57,019 nt of DNA from positions 1-57,019 of the IMG/VR virus record IMGVR_UViG_3300048839_000591. One strand, given 5' to 3'. Shown here piece by piece: positions 36,152 through 46,900 of the stretch. Numbering within the stretch: the stretch's first letter is position 1; each line of letters starts with the position of its first letter. Origin of the DNA: a virus (lineage: Duplodnaviria; Caudoviricetes). The notes beneath the pieces were generated by a model. The model was not told where the DNA came from and ran no database searches. It saw only the letters and a program-made list of their open reading frames with translations. The position numbers were made by a program, and so were the translations under genes.

Positions 36152-37288
36152 ATGGCAGAGCCGGGTATCTATAAGAAACAGGGGAAAACCGGCGTTAGCT
36201 ATCAGGCGATAGTGGACCTGGGCCGGGACCCAGCCACCGGCAAGCGACGTCAGAAGCGCAAGACCTTCAAGACGCGACGTGATGCCCTCGACTGGCGACG
36301 CAAGACGCTCACCGAGGTGCGGCAGCGCGTGTTCACCGAGCCGAGCCGGGAGCTGTTCAGTGTGGCGGCGGACCACTGGCTGGCAACGCGGGATGTGGAC
36401 GGCAGTACCGAACGGCTCTACCGCCGCGCGCTGACTGGGCACATCCTGCCCGTCTTTGGCGATACCGCGCTCTCCGACATTTCCCCGCGCATGGTCCAGG
36501 ATTTCTACAATGAGAAGCGCCACTACAAAGGCCGGCACGTCTACCGTGTGGTCCTCAATGGTGTGCTCCAATTGACCGTCGATGAGGGGCTGTTACTCCG
36601 AAACCCCGCCGCGCGTGCCAGCGGCATGACCCAGCCCAAGACCGAACGCGAGATCCAAGCCTGGGATGTTGAGACGTTGGCGCGCTTCCTGTCCTACACC
36701 GATGGTGACTATCTCTATCCCGTCTGGTGGGTACTGGCCCATACCGGCCTGCGCATCGGTGAGCTGGTCGCGCTCCGCTGGGAGGACATCGACCTCGATG
36801 CGCGGGTCATCCATGTGCGGCGCACCGAGACCGTCGATGCCGAGAGCCGGCGCATCATTGCCGACGCGGCCAAATCGGACCACTCACGACGGGATGTGAC
36901 CATCGACCCAGAGACGGCGCGTATCCTCGCACGCCAACGGATTCAGCAAGCCGAGCGACGACTGGCCCATGGCCGGGACTGGCAGGACACGCAGGCGGTG
37001 TTCGATCGCGGCAATGGCGACTACCTGACGACCGGCCAGGTTCGCGGCACCTTTGGCCGTCGTGTGGCCTCCGGCGGCTTCCCCGTATTGACACCCCATG
37101 GTTTGAGGCACAGCCACGCAACTGCGCTGATTATCGCGGGCCGTCCTATCCATTATGTCAGCAAGCGGCTAGGTCATGCCAACGTGAGCATCACGCTCAA
37201 TTTATATTCCCACGTGCTTCCAAATACCGAACACGAAGATGCCGAGGTGTTTGCTGAGATCATGCGCCGAGCCAGGCAGGCGGGCTAA
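36152..37288 (+). CDS. int: Tyrosine integrase
   Basis: GRDPATGKRRQ arm-binding domain; TGLRIGE, HGLRH, LGH and Y catalytic residues. Confidence 0.95.
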   Translation: MAEPGIYKKQGKTGVSYQAIVDLGRDPATGKRRQKRKTFKTRRDALDWRRKTLTEVRQRVFTEPSRELFSVAADHWLATRDVDGSTERLYRRALTGHILPVFGDTALSDISPRMVQDFYNEKRHYKGRHVYRVVLNGVLQLTVDEGLLLRNPAARASGMTQPKTEREIQAWDVETLARFLSYTDGDYLYPVWWVLAHTGLRIGELVALRWEDIDLDARVIHVRRTETVDAESRRIIADAAKSDHSRRDVTIDPETARILARQRIQQAERRLAHGRDWQDTQAVFDRGNGDYLTTGQVRGTFGRRVASGGFPVLTPHGLRHSHATALIIAGRPIHYVSKRLGHANVSITLNLYSHVLPNTEHEDAEVFAEIMRRARQAG

Positions 37289-37310
37289 GATGGGCCGTTT
37301 TCGAGGCCGA

Positions 37311-37556
37311 TGTGATAGAAATGTGACAAACTGATGCGAAGCTGGCAAAAAACCGCGTCTACATGCGGAGTCTTGAAGAACGTGAGGATACCTATACTAA
37401 CATGCTTACCTCTTGACTCCGCTCCGTTTCACTCGTGTTCGCTCGCACTTCCCCATCAGTATCACCAAACTCGGCAGGCTCATCGTAGGCACCTGAGCGC
37501 CCGTTCTGGCCTTGACTCCGCGTCCCTCTACATGGCTCGTGACCAAAATGTGATCG
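37311..37556. other. Putative attP with arm-type repeats
   Basis: GTGA-N3-AAATGTGA at about 37312 and 37539; inverted GCGGAGTC/GACTCCGC flanking an AT-richer core. Confidence 0.55.
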
Positions 37557-37670
37557 CACGCAGCCGCGCCCCGCCGGTGTTGAGATTGCCCTGCTGGAAT
37601 TAATTGCAGACAGGGTATCGCCTCGTACCATGGATGCATGAGCGCTGTTCGTATCGAGGAAGGAACACAC

Positions 37671-37907
37671 ATGATTCGTCTACGTCGCACGCTGGTTGCT
37701 GGTTTGGTTGCAGGGTCGCTGTTCGTGGGGGTGCTCGGTAGCGCCTCCGCTGGGGGTATCGGTGGTGGGAATTACGACCCGCTGAACCCGCCGGTGATTC
37801 CGCCCGAGTGGATGAACCCGATCCCACCGCCGGAGATGTGGAATCCGATCCCGACGTTGCCAACGGTCGGTGACGACGCGGGGTATTTCACGCCAGGCCA
37901 CAAATAA
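37671..37907 (+). CDS. Small secreted Pro-rich repeat peptide
   Basis: GAGGAAGG RBS; signal peptide ending ASA; NPxP repeats. Confidence 0.7.
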   Translation: MIRLRRTLVAGLVAGSLFVGVLGSASAGGIGGGNYDPLNPPVIPPEWMNPIPPPEMWNPIPTLPTVGDDAGYFTPGHK

Positions 37908-37932
37908 GCGACTACTAGCCGAAGCTCTCCTT

Positions 37933-37961
37933 AGCGGCTCTGGGCAACCGGGGCCGTTTTT
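37933..37961 (+). terminator. Intrinsic terminator
   Basis: GCGGCTCTGG-GCAA-CCGGGGCCGT followed by TTTT. Confidence 0.7.
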
Positions 37962-38211
37962 ATGCCCTCCGCTGATGAAGCTTCCGTGCATGGCGACGGC
38001 GAATCCGCTCGCGCTTTCCGATAGGGAAGCAGAGGAGATACTGTTCTGTTCCGACAAACATCGTTACCTGATCGAAGTCTCTGGGTCGCATCTGCTCGAA
38101 AGACGCCATAAGTTGGGTCCGACGGAGTGCATTCTCCGCTGCTTGTTTCCTTACAATATGAGCGTTAATCAGGTTGATGTCGTCAATACTCGTTTGCATG
38201 CCTGCCTCCAA
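37960..38211 (-). CDS. Small hypothetical protein downstream of the tRNA-like gene
   Basis: GGAGG RBS before MQTSIDD. Confidence 0.5.
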   Translation of the reverse strand: MEAGMQTSIDDINLINAHIVRKQAAENALRRTQLMASFEQMRPRDFDQVTMFVGTEQYLLCFPIGKRERIRRRHARKLHQRRA

Positions 38212-38221
38212 TCGCCGCTTG

Positions 38222-38314
38222 TGAGAAGGGCAGGACTCGAACCTGCACGCTGGGCTTTCGCCTGATCAGCACCAGAGCCATCTCTGGCGCGTCTCCCACT
38301 TCCGCCACCTTCTC
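38222..38314 (-). tRNA. Class II (Leu-like) tRNA-like gene with an aberrant 6-nt anticodon loop; no encoded CCA
   Basis: Acceptor GAGAAGG/CCTTCTC plus A73; D arm GCG..GG..CGC; T arm GCAGG-TTCGAGT-CCTGC; long variable arm. Confidence 0.75.
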
Positions 38315-38434
38315 TTCGCCAACGGATCGTTCGCGTCCGAACGGGTTGACGATGACCGAAGTATACCCATCCCCGACAGCGCCCCGGTTGCCCGAGACGC
38401 TGCCAGTACAGGGAGGGGAGGGTGGTCTGGTGTG

Positions 38435-38818
38435 CTATGTAGGTGACGTGGCGAACACGCCCGCTGGCTGGGGAATCATCGTGCCTAGCTCAATCGCTTG
38501 CTGCTCACCGCTGGACAGCCAGGCTTTGATAGCCACCGAGTACCAGGCCAGTGGCGTCAAGGTGCCGGTCTCGGGGTCGGTCAGGCGAAAGGTCAAGACC
38601 GCGCTGTTGTCGCCATTCACAATCTGCCCGATGCCTGCCTGGTCGCTGGTCGTAATCGCCTTGGTAATGAGCGCGTCATCGTCGGCATCACCGATGGACT
38701 CCTTGACCACCAGCCAAGCGTTATCGACCGTGACATCGTCTTCGAGGTCGTTGATGGTATAGACGATGGCTTTGTCGCTGTAGACGCTGAAATCGTCGAT
38801 GACCGAACGGGCTATCAT
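38435..38818 (-). CDS. BppU-like virion structural protein
   Basis: Acidic beta-rich; LT..ET..L motif. Confidence 0.5.
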   Translation of the reverse strand: MIARSVIDDFSVYSDKAIVYTINDLEDDVTVDNAWLVVKESIGDADDDALITKAITTSDQAGIGQIVNGDNSAVLTFRLTDPETGTLTPLAWYSVAIKAWLSSGEQQAIELGTMIPQPAGVFATSPT

Positions 38819-40236
38819 GATTCCCCTCCAATGCTGACGGTCTGCCGGAATGGCGCGAGTGAGACGGTGGTGGTGGGATTGGCCAGGCTGGTGGTTGCGG
38901 TGAACGGTCGCCAGGGGGCCGGTTCTTCGTCGCCGTTATCGACGCTGGCTGCGTTCGCCACCAGTGACAGATGAGCGGTGCCGGTGGGGAGCGTGACCGC
39001 GCCCAGATTCAGGCTGACGGCAGCAGCCACAATCGCGAGCGACGCTGGGCCGGTCTGAACGATGACCGCTCCCAACGTGACACTCGGGGGTTGCGCCGCG
39101 AGGCTGAGCGCGGCGGCTCCCGTCGTACCACTGATGCTGCCCATGGTGAGACTGGCGGGTTGTGCCGTGATGGTGAGCACCGCCGCGCCCGGTGCAATCG
39201 CCCCAGCGACGACGACGCTGGGAGCACGGGCAGCCAACGTCAGGGCCGCCGCTCCGGTCACGACCGTCACGGTTCCGAGCGTCACGCTTGGCGCGCCAGG
39301 ATTGACGGAGAGCGCTGCTGCCCCGGTGGCAACGGCTATCGGACCGACCGCGACACTTGGCGCTTGTGTGGCGATTGTCAGCGCGGGCGACCCGGTTGTG
39401 ACGCTGACTGCTCCAACACTGATGCTGGCAGCGTGTGCGGTCAGCGCCAGACTCGACGCGCCCGTCACGATGCTGACGCTGCCGAGCGCAACGGTTGTTT
39501 CCTGTGCCGTGATGGCCAGCGAACCAGCGCCCGCCTCAACCGTGACCGGCTCCGGCGCAGCCTCCGGCGGCTGAATGACCAGCACCACCACCGTACCCCA
39601 GGTGACGGTCGAGCCTGCGACATCCGCCGTGCCCACGTTCTCGGTGATTGCCCCCGCCGTCGCTTGCGTGGCGCTGGCAACCGTCATCGTTTGCCGGTTA
39701 TTGGCCCGGACATCGGTGATTTCGGAGGCTGTCGAGTGGGACCAGGTAAAGCCTGAGTTGTTGCTGTTCGAGCTGGCCGCGTAGCCGTGCAGAATCAGGC
39801 AATCATCACGTGGTGTCTCGATACTGGTCGGTGAGACATAGGTCAGCCCGCCGTCTTCATCGGTGATCGCGTAGACCACCCCAACCGGCGTGGTGGGGTC
39901 GTGGCCGCTTATCGCAAACGCGTGGCTTGAGCCGTCCGCGATATCCGCGCCGAGGCCAACCGCGACCGTGGTACTGTCCTCATCCCCCACCGCGCCGCCG
40001 GTTTTGCGGAGCCAGAGCTGGCGGTTGGAGACCGTTGATGAGACGACGTTGGCACTGGTCACGCCGTCGCTGACGATCTCCCAGCCGTCGGGCACGGTAA
40101 TGGTGCCCTCTTGCCGGATGTGGAGGCCAATGAGCAGGTCGTCACCGGCCTCCACCGTGGCCGGCAGTGGCACATCCCACGAGGTGAGATTATTGAACGT
40201 CTGGGTAACGACATCGCGAATCGACGGCGCGGCCAT
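38815..40236 (-). CDS. Virion fibre/appendage protein with nine approximately 23-aa repeats
   Basis: P.TV.AGD.L...TVPDGW N-terminal domain; VxTGAAALxLxAQxPSVxxG repeats. Confidence 0.65.
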   Translation of the reverse strand: MAAPSIRDVVTQTFNNLTSWDVPLPATVEAGDDLLIGLHIRQEGTITVPDGWEIVSDGVTSANVVSSTVSNRQLWLRKTGGAVGDEDSTTVAVGLGADIADGSSHAFAISGHDPTTPVGVVYAITDEDGGLTYVSPTSIETPRDDCLILHGYAASSNSNNSGFTWSHSTASEITDVRANNRQTMTVASATQATAGAITENVGTADVAGSTVTWGTVVVLVIQPPEAAPEPVTVEAGAGSLAITAQETTVALGSVSIVTGASSLALTAHAASISVGAVSVTTGSPALTIATQAPSVAVGPIAVATGAAALSVNPGAPSVTLGTVTVVTGAAALTLAARAPSVVVAGAIAPGAAVLTITAQPASLTMGSISGTTGAAALSLAAQPPSVTLGAVIVQTGPASLAIVAAAVSLNLGAVTLPTGTAHLSLVANAASVDNGDEEPAPWRPFTATTSLANPTTTVSLAPFRQTVSIGGES

Positions 40237-40242
40237 GCCGGT

Positions 40243-40671
40243 CTACGACCCGCCGAGCGTGACGAGCCCCGCTGCGTTCCAGGTAATCGTAAAATCCCCG
40301 CCATTACTGACCTGCGGGAAATCGGTATCGAAGTAGGCCAGCGGCACGCTATCGGTGTCGTCGTTGACGTGCAGGTAGACCACTGCCGCCGTCATAGTCC
40401 CAGCATCGAGCGCCGTCCAGGTCACATCTGAGGCATCGAGTGTGACCCGGTTGTTGGCATCGTCACGAGTGGCCGCCAGCCCCGAGAGCGCCTTGCGGCT
40501 GTAGTTCGTGCCGGATGCCTCACTGCCAGATATGTTGTCGGTGAAATCGTGGTCGGCATCAAAGGTGTAGCCCGCACCTTCGAGCATCATGACCCGGATA
40601 TCGGCGTTCTCCCAGTCAAGATCGCCCGTAGACAGCTTATCCGCGAGGTTGGTGTAGACTGCGTCTGCCAT
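40243..40671 (-). CDS. Virion structural protein
   Basis: E.SGT.Y.R..L, DA.DVTW, NGGDFTITWNA.G motifs. Confidence 0.65.
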   Translation of the reverse strand: MADAVYTNLADKLSTGDLDWENADIRVMMLEGAGYTFDADHDFTDNISGSEASGTNYSRKALSGLAATRDDANNRVTLDASDVTWTALDAGTMTAAVVYLHVNDDTDSVPLAYFDTDFPQVSNGGDFTITWNAAGLVTLGGS

Positions 40672-40686
40672 TGGTGGTTCCTCCTC

Positions 40687-42123
40687 CTAATTTGGCCAGG
40701 AAACCCCTGGCTCGTCGTATAAGGTCACGCGGGTTGGTTGATCGAGCGCTTTGGAGGGATCGTCTTCATGGATGAAGTCCCGCACGCCGCTGGTGAAGCC
40801 GATATGCTGTTTCACCGCGTATTCGCTGGTGTTTGGTCGCTCTGGGCCGGTGCCAAGGAGCTTCTGCCCGTAGATATCGGTCCAGTAGACCCCCGGCTCA
40901 CAGAGCGCACCCATCGCCATCCGTGATGTCCAACGGAGCGTTGAGTTGTGCCAGGGTGTGCCAGCTAACTTCTCTTCCATCGACCCAGACTCAATCGCAG
41001 TTGAGTCCATATTCCGGTAGGTGAAGACGTAGCTAAAGAACGGCTTGCCACCAATCGAGACAAACGGGTGTTGCCGCTTCTTATCCGAATCGAATGTGCT
41101 CACCATGTAGAAGGCGATGCCGCGATTGCCGCTTCTGAGTTCTTCCGCTGCTTGTTTCGGGTTCCGTTTATGCCGATCCACGAACGCGTGTTTATCAAAG
41201 GGCGTGACCGCGCTACTTCTGGCGTGGACGCCAGCAATCCCCATGACGAACCGCACGTCGATGTAGGTGCCGTTTGGCCCCAAGAGCACGCAGCGAATCG
41301 GGATGTAGGACGCCCACTCCCAGTCAGGATTCCGGTCCTTGACCAACGGTGGCTGTGCCCAGGCAATCAAGCGATTGTCGTTCACATTAATGAACTGGTG
41401 GAAGGATTCGTAGGGCGTGCCCTTGCCAACCACCTGCACCTTGTACTGTTGAGTGTGGAACGGCATGTCCGCGGGTGTCTTCCCGCGCAGTCGCAGGTGT
41501 TCATATTCGAGTTCGAGCAAGTCATCAAGGTCAACCGGAGGAATGCCCCGTGCGGCAAACTCCCCGCTTTCGTCCGGGTTGTCGCCGTGCTCATGCTCAA
41601 AAAGGCAGCCGGTCACAGGATCAATGGCCGGATGCCAGCGACCATGTAACCGTGTATGCCAGGGAACGCCGCACGCCGTGCCCGCTTCGGGCAGTGGTGG
41701 ATCAGGCTCAACCGGCGGCTCTGGCTCCACTATCTCGCTGACCGTTACCGGGATGATGACGCGGTCAATCTGCGCACGACCAGCCCGCGCTGTTGCTTGC
41801 AACTCAATCGTGCCAGGAAAGCCGGACAGGTCCACGGTGCCAGTCCACGGTGCGCTAGAGAGCGTCTCGATGGGGGTCCATGGATCACTCGGACGCAACC
41901 GGGCGTTGATGTTCACCTTCTCCGTCGCTGCTGGCACACGTAGCCGCACGGTTGATTTCGGGAGCACCGTCGCGCTGGGCTGTGGCTCCAGAAACTCGAG
42001 GTCGTCATCCTCTGGTTCCGGGTCAACCGGCGGGTCAGGATCTGGCAATGGGTCGGCTGGCAGGCCAACCACCTGAATCGTGACCGTCTCGCCGGGTTTG
42101 ACCTGGAGTTCAATCGGGTCCAT
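40687..42123 (-). CDS. Hypothetical protein (Ig-like N-terminus, WHP..C...HEHGD.P domain)
   Basis: Pro-rich linkers; His-rich motif. Confidence 0.6.
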   Translation of the reverse strand: MDPIELQVKPGETVTIQVVGLPADPLPDPDPPVDPEPEDDDLEFLEPQPSATVLPKSTVRLRVPAATEKVNINARLRPSDPWTPIETLSSAPWTGTVDLSGFPGTIELQATARAGRAQIDRVIIPVTVSEIVEPEPPVEPDPPLPEAGTACGVPWHTRLHGRWHPAIDPVTGCLFEHEHGDNPDESGEFAARGIPPVDLDDLLELEYEHLRLRGKTPADMPFHTQQYKVQVVGKGTPYESFHQFINVNDNRLIAWAQPPLVKDRNPDWEWASYIPIRCVLLGPNGTYIDVRFVMGIAGVHARSSAVTPFDKHAFVDRHKRNPKQAAEELRSGNRGIAFYMVSTFDSDKKRQHPFVSIGGKPFFSYVFTYRNMDSTAIESGSMEEKLAGTPWHNSTLRWTSRMAMGALCEPGVYWTDIYGQKLLGTGPERPNTSEYAVKQHIGFTSGVRDFIHEDDPSKALDQPTRVTLYDEPGVSWPN

Positions 42124-42146
42124 GGTTCCGTTCCTGTTCTGGTGCC

Positions 42147-43667
42147 CTAATCCGTGATGCTGTACGCCGTCTTGGTCGTGCTGTTCAGGACCGCCACACC
42201 GGAGAGCGTATTGGCCGTGCCAGCGTTGGTGATTTCGTTCGATGGGTCACCGTCGACGGTGGTCCTGAGTGAGATACGCCGAAACTCGTTGCGGTTGGAG
42301 TCGGCATCCAACACAATCGCGTCAACCATCCGGTTACTGAAGACTGGCGAGTTGGCTGGTGTGTAGCGGTTGACGAACTCGTTATCGCTGGAATTGACCA
42401 GGATGATGCCGTGCCCGAGTGCCGAGCCTGATTCGACCCAGGAGATGCCACCATCGACCACCGTACCGCCGGTATTGGTCGCGGGCCAGGTCGGCTCAGA
42501 TGCGCCACTAGTGCCACCGTTGGCCGCCGTGAAGTAGCTCAAGGTTGTCGCAGAGCCTGACCCCTTGAGGCTGGGACTGACGACGCGCGCGCCACTGGCA
42601 TAGACGGTCGTGCCCGCCCAGCTCGCATCGGTGGCATCCGGGGTTCCCAGACCAAAGCCGTCGATGGTGTTGTGGTGACAATTCTCGAAATAGAACTGCC
42701 CTAACTCACCTTGCCCCTCGTTGCTGACGTTGACCATGGTGACGCGGGTCGAGTTGGTGAATCGGAATCCATAGCCCTCGTTGCCTGACCGCCCGCCGTT
42801 ACAGAACACGTTGTCGATGGATGTCTCATAGAATCGCCCGGAGAGCGTGTTGGTGTAGCCACCGCGCCGGACCATCGGATGCAGATTGATGAGCTTGCAA
42901 TAGCCCATGCCGATGGTATCCGCGCCAAGGTCGCTACTGGTGCCATCGGGTAGCCGCAGTAAGAGTGTGTCGTACTGCGGATTGGCGCCCTGGCTGGGGT
43001 CGCCAAAGACGTTCTCCCACTTCGACAGGCGGCACCCGACTTCGAGATCAATGAACACCTCGTGGTAGGTATTCGAGCCCTCAATCAGGATGTTCTCTAA
43101 ATCCAGTTGCAGCCACTCGGCTGTTCCCGGCGTGCCGTTGGCCTTGTGCCAGATAGCTTTCGTGCCAACGACAAACGGTAGGCTAATCGTCAGGTTGCTA
43201 ATCTTCTGATGCCAGGCGCGTGACGTGGCGGCCTCCCACTCGAAGATGCCCCGGTTGGTGGGGAACGCTCCACTGCCTTTGACCCGACAGGTGCGAATCC
43301 CCGAGCCGACCACTTCCACCACCGTGGACGGCGTTGTGCCGGTGCGTGGCAGGACAATCGGCGCGCTGGTCACGTAGGTGCCTGGCTGCTGGAAATAGAG
43401 TTTCCAGCCGGTGAATGACGTGGTTCCCAGCGCCTTGATATCGGTGATCGCACTGGCCAGGGCCGTGGCGTTATCGGTCGTATCATCTGGCACGATGCCC
43501 CAGTCAGCGACGTCGACCCAGTTGGTAAAACGTGCCTGAATCGTGCGGGCAATCGTTGAGGCGTAGCCAGCATCGACCGAATCCAGGTTTTCGATACCCT
43601 CCTGCAAATCGTTGATGTAGTCGGCCTCGATGGTGCCGCCGTCGCTCACACGGTCAAACGTCGTCAT
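42147..43667 (-). CDS. Tailspike-like beta-helix protein (pectin-lyase fold)
   Basis: V.DWGI.PD.TTDNA.AL..AI, PGTY; Asn-rich repeats; inserted W....Y..G..V..EPTWP..V.DG...W module. Confidence 0.75.
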   Translation of the reverse strand: MTTFDRVSDGGTIEADYINDLQEGIENLDSVDAGYASTIARTIQARFTNWVDVADWGIVPDDTTDNATALASAITDIKALGTTSFTGWKLYFQQPGTYVTSAPIVLPRTGTTPSTVVEVVGSGIRTCRVKGSGAFPTNRGIFEWEAATSRAWHQKISNLTISLPFVVGTKAIWHKANGTPGTAEWLQLDLENILIEGSNTYHEVFIDLEVGCRLSKWENVFGDPSQGANPQYDTLLLRLPDGTSSDLGADTIGMGYCKLINLHPMVRRGGYTNTLSGRFYETSIDNVFCNGGRSGNEGYGFRFTNSTRVTMVNVSNEGQGELGQFYFENCHHNTIDGFGLGTPDATDASWAGTTVYASGARVVSPSLKGSGSATTLSYFTAANGGTSGASEPTWPATNTGGTVVDGGISWVESGSALGHGIILVNSSDNEFVNRYTPANSPVFSNRMVDAIVLDADSNRNEFRRISLRTTVDGDPSNEITNAGTANTLSGVAVLNSTTKTAYSITD

Positions 43668-43675
43668 CGCTGCCC

Positions 43676-43990
43676 CTAACTAATCGTGAACGGGTCACGC
43701 CGGACATGCACCCGCCCCCGGCTGGATTGGTCGACCGTGCCCTCGCCGACACAGAGAATGTCCCAGGTGCCAGAAACATCGACCTGCCACTCCAGGTTGA
43801 AGATGCCCTCAGATATCCGCGTCGCCTCGGCATCGCTGTCATAGACATAGCTGTCCTGGACACCCAGCGGATTCTCCACATAGAAGGTGACGGTATCCGG
43901 GTCAGCCACATCGCCCGCGGCGTCGCGAAACGTCACCCGAAATTGCACGGTGTCGAAGCGGTCAACGTCATTCAGTAGCGCAATCGTCAT
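43676..43990 (-). CDS. Small virion structural protein
   Basis: F.DA.G..ADP.TV...V..P.G; G.W motif. Confidence 0.6.
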   Translation of the reverse strand: MTIALLNDVDRFDTVQFRVTFRDAAGDVADPDTVTFYVENPLGVQDSYVYDSDAEATRISEGIFNLEWQVDVSGTWDILCVGEGTVDQSSRGRVHVRRDPFTIS

Positions 43991-46900
43991 TACAGGTTCT
44001 CCAATCCACCTCGGGCACTCCCAACCAACGCCAGCTCACCGTCTGCCTCGCTGTCGATCTCAAGCGCACCGACACCGCCGCCCGTCAGGACGATCGCGCC
44101 GGTTGCCTGTTCCACCACCGACAGCACGCCCGTTGCGCTCCCCACCAGTGAGAGCACGCCGCCCACGACGTTGGTCAGATAGACGGTGACACTCGCCGTA
44201 TCGAGCAGATCCCCGTCGCTATCCAGCCCCTGGACCGTGATGGTATAGCTGCCATCGGCGAAGGGTTCGGTATCCCAGCTATAGGTCAGGGTTGGAGCGC
44301 CAGCAAAACGCGCCTGGCCAAAGAGCGATTGACCGAAGATGCCGACGGGCAGGCTGGTCGCATGGAGCACGTCATTAATGAAGAGCTTGAGCGTTGCCAC
44401 CGCGCCGGTTGAGGTGACGCTGATGGTCACCGTGTCACTGACTGTGGTGGCTGTCAGTGGGGCGGTAATCGTGACCGTGCCGGGAGCGCTCACGACACTG
44501 GGGGCCTGTGCGCTCAGACTGAGACTCGCCGCCCCGGTAGCAACCGTGACACTGCCGAGCGTGATGCTGGTGGCTTGGGCCGCGAGCGTGAGCGAAGCTG
44601 CGCCGGTCTCGACCGTGACCGCCCCCAGCGTGATGACCGCCGAATTGGCCGCGATCGTGTCGCCCGATCCGCCGTTGGCAGACGTCGCCACGAGATCCGA
44701 GGAATGGGCATTCAGCTCGACGTAGCCGTTCGCAAAGTCGCGCCGGTAGACGCCGGAGGCGTTCACTTTGACGTAATCACCGTCTGGCGCGCCGAGGTCG
44801 ATATCCATCTCGGGAATCAGCCGCAGTCTGCGGTAGCGGTCGGAGTCGGCAATGCGGATGTCACACTGGCCCGACTCAGCAATCAACAGATGCGCGCCGT
44901 AGGCAAAGAGCATCTGTTGCTGAATCGTGCTACTCAGGTCGTCGGTATCGGGAATCGGGCTGGTCGTGTCGATGATCTGGGCGTTGACACAAATCCGCGT
45001 ATCGTGGTCATCAATAATCTGCTTGAGCATGACGAGCTGGTCTTCGAAGTCCTCCGCGCTACGGAATCCCGAGCCGTTGCCCGCCGTGTAGCCCGCTTCA
45101 AAGAGCGCCCAGTCGAGGTTCTTGGCAATCTGCTCTTGCTCGTATTCCGGCCCGCCGTCGTATTTCTGGGTGTGGATACCACGGGTGACGTTGCCACCAA
45201 TCCAGACACCGACCTCCTGCATGTACTGGACATCCGCCACGGCGGTATCCAGGTAGGTCTTGTTATGGCCGGACGTGCCATATTCAACCGTGCTGGTGCC
45301 GTTGACCCGCGTGCGACAGTCCATGTTGTCGAACTGCCAGGCCGTGAAGCGCTTGGTTGCCGTCGCCTCCGACGTGGACCAGGCCGCGCGCATCCATCGA
45401 AGCTGCTGCCGTCGTTTGAAGGCTTGCCAGTCCTCGTTGCCCGGGTCCATGCAGTAGGTGACATTCGCGCCGAGCACGTAGAAGAGTGGGACGGTGCCAC
45501 CGGCTTGATGCAAGAACCAGGCAGTCCCCGCATTGGCCGTGAAATCGTTGTAGGCCGTCGCATCCCACAACCAGCTATTGCGCCCGGTATCGACCTGCCA
45601 GATATTCGCCGCCGTGCCACCACTCGGGATGGCCGTCGAGCCGGTGTACTTGACCTCATTCGAAAGCACGTACTGGGCAATGTGGCTGTTCTGTGCCCGC
45701 CCGCCGTGGGTGCGGAGCACGGTCGTCCAGGCGGTGCCGCTATAGGAATCGTCATAGGTGCCGACGATGTAGTTCTGGTCGGCCCAATCCTCAACCGTCA
45801 CGTCACCGTTGGTGTCGGTGTCCGAATAGGCATTGTTCCAGATGGCCGTCTCGGCATAGCGGGTCGCGCTCTCGGGAAATGAGTAGGGGCCAAGCATCGT
45901 CCAGGGGCCATCAATCGTGATCGGATTGGTACCACTGACCCCATCATCATCCGCCCAGGTGAGCCGCACATCGCTGTACTCGGTGCCACCGGAGAGGCCG
46001 ACAATCGCGAACTCAACTTCCGTCGAGGTCCGCTTGATCTCATAGAGCGTCTTAGCCGTGAAGTCGGTCCCGTTGGTGGACACCTCAGCAGAGAGCGTCG
46101 CGTTCTGGTTCTCATCGCCGGTATAGGCCGCCGTGCCGTAGATGATCGTTTCCTGGTAACTGGTGACACTGGCAGCACCGGCAACCAGCACATTCGGCTG
46201 GCTATAGCTCACCGTGGCTGTGGTGCGTTCGGATGCGCTGGAATGCTCGTAGGCACTGATGTCGATAAAGGAGTCCGTGCCCGGCGTCCGGTTCTGGCTC
46301 GTCACCATCACGTTGACGTGGGTGATATCACCCTCAACCGCGTCGCGAACCTCTTGCAGCAGGTCAGCCAGGTCGACTGTGTAGGTGCCACCGTTCAGCC
46401 AATCGTCTGGCGTGTAGGTGATTTTGGCCGTCGTCAAGGTCCGGCCACTGTAGCTACTGGCCAGGCTGCCGCCGGAGAGACCCGCCCAGGACGTGGGGCT
46501 CTGCACCTTCTCGAGGTAGATATCGAGTGTCGGTATCGTCCCGGTGCCGTTCTGAAATGCAGTGAACACGACCTCAAACGAGTTGATGTTGACGCCATCA
46601 GGCACCGGGGTATCAAGTTCAACAATCAGCGAGCCGTCGTAGACCCGGCCATCACCACCGCCAGCGGCATCTGTGCCCACAATGACCCGCGTGCCGGTCA
46701 CACTGCCGGAGTTGTCCGAGTGCACATAGGCATCATGGTCACCGTCTGGCACCGCCCCCTCGGTCGTGGTTTTGTAGACCGTGGGAGCCTGCGCCGCGAC
46801 AACAATGGCCGCCGTGCCGGTGGTGACCGTAACCGGGGCTGGTTCGCTCCAATCGATCGTCAGTTTCGGATCGCTGGTTGTGCCGCCGGTATTGGCGCTA

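Noticed and set aside
38222-38314. tRNA-like gene as the attP core
   Set aside because: It is full length, has its own promoter and lies about 0.7 kb outside the arm-type repeats.
37942-38393. 13-bp inverted repeat flanking the tRNA-like cassette (invertible segment?)
   Set aside because: The GG-GCAA-CC core is a GNRA hairpin motif also found at about 14800; one copy is part of a terminator and no invertase is present.
44575-45882. 435-aa plus-strand ORF and other alternate-frame ORFs in the fibre genes
   Set aside because: Shadow ORFs of GC-biased coding sequence.
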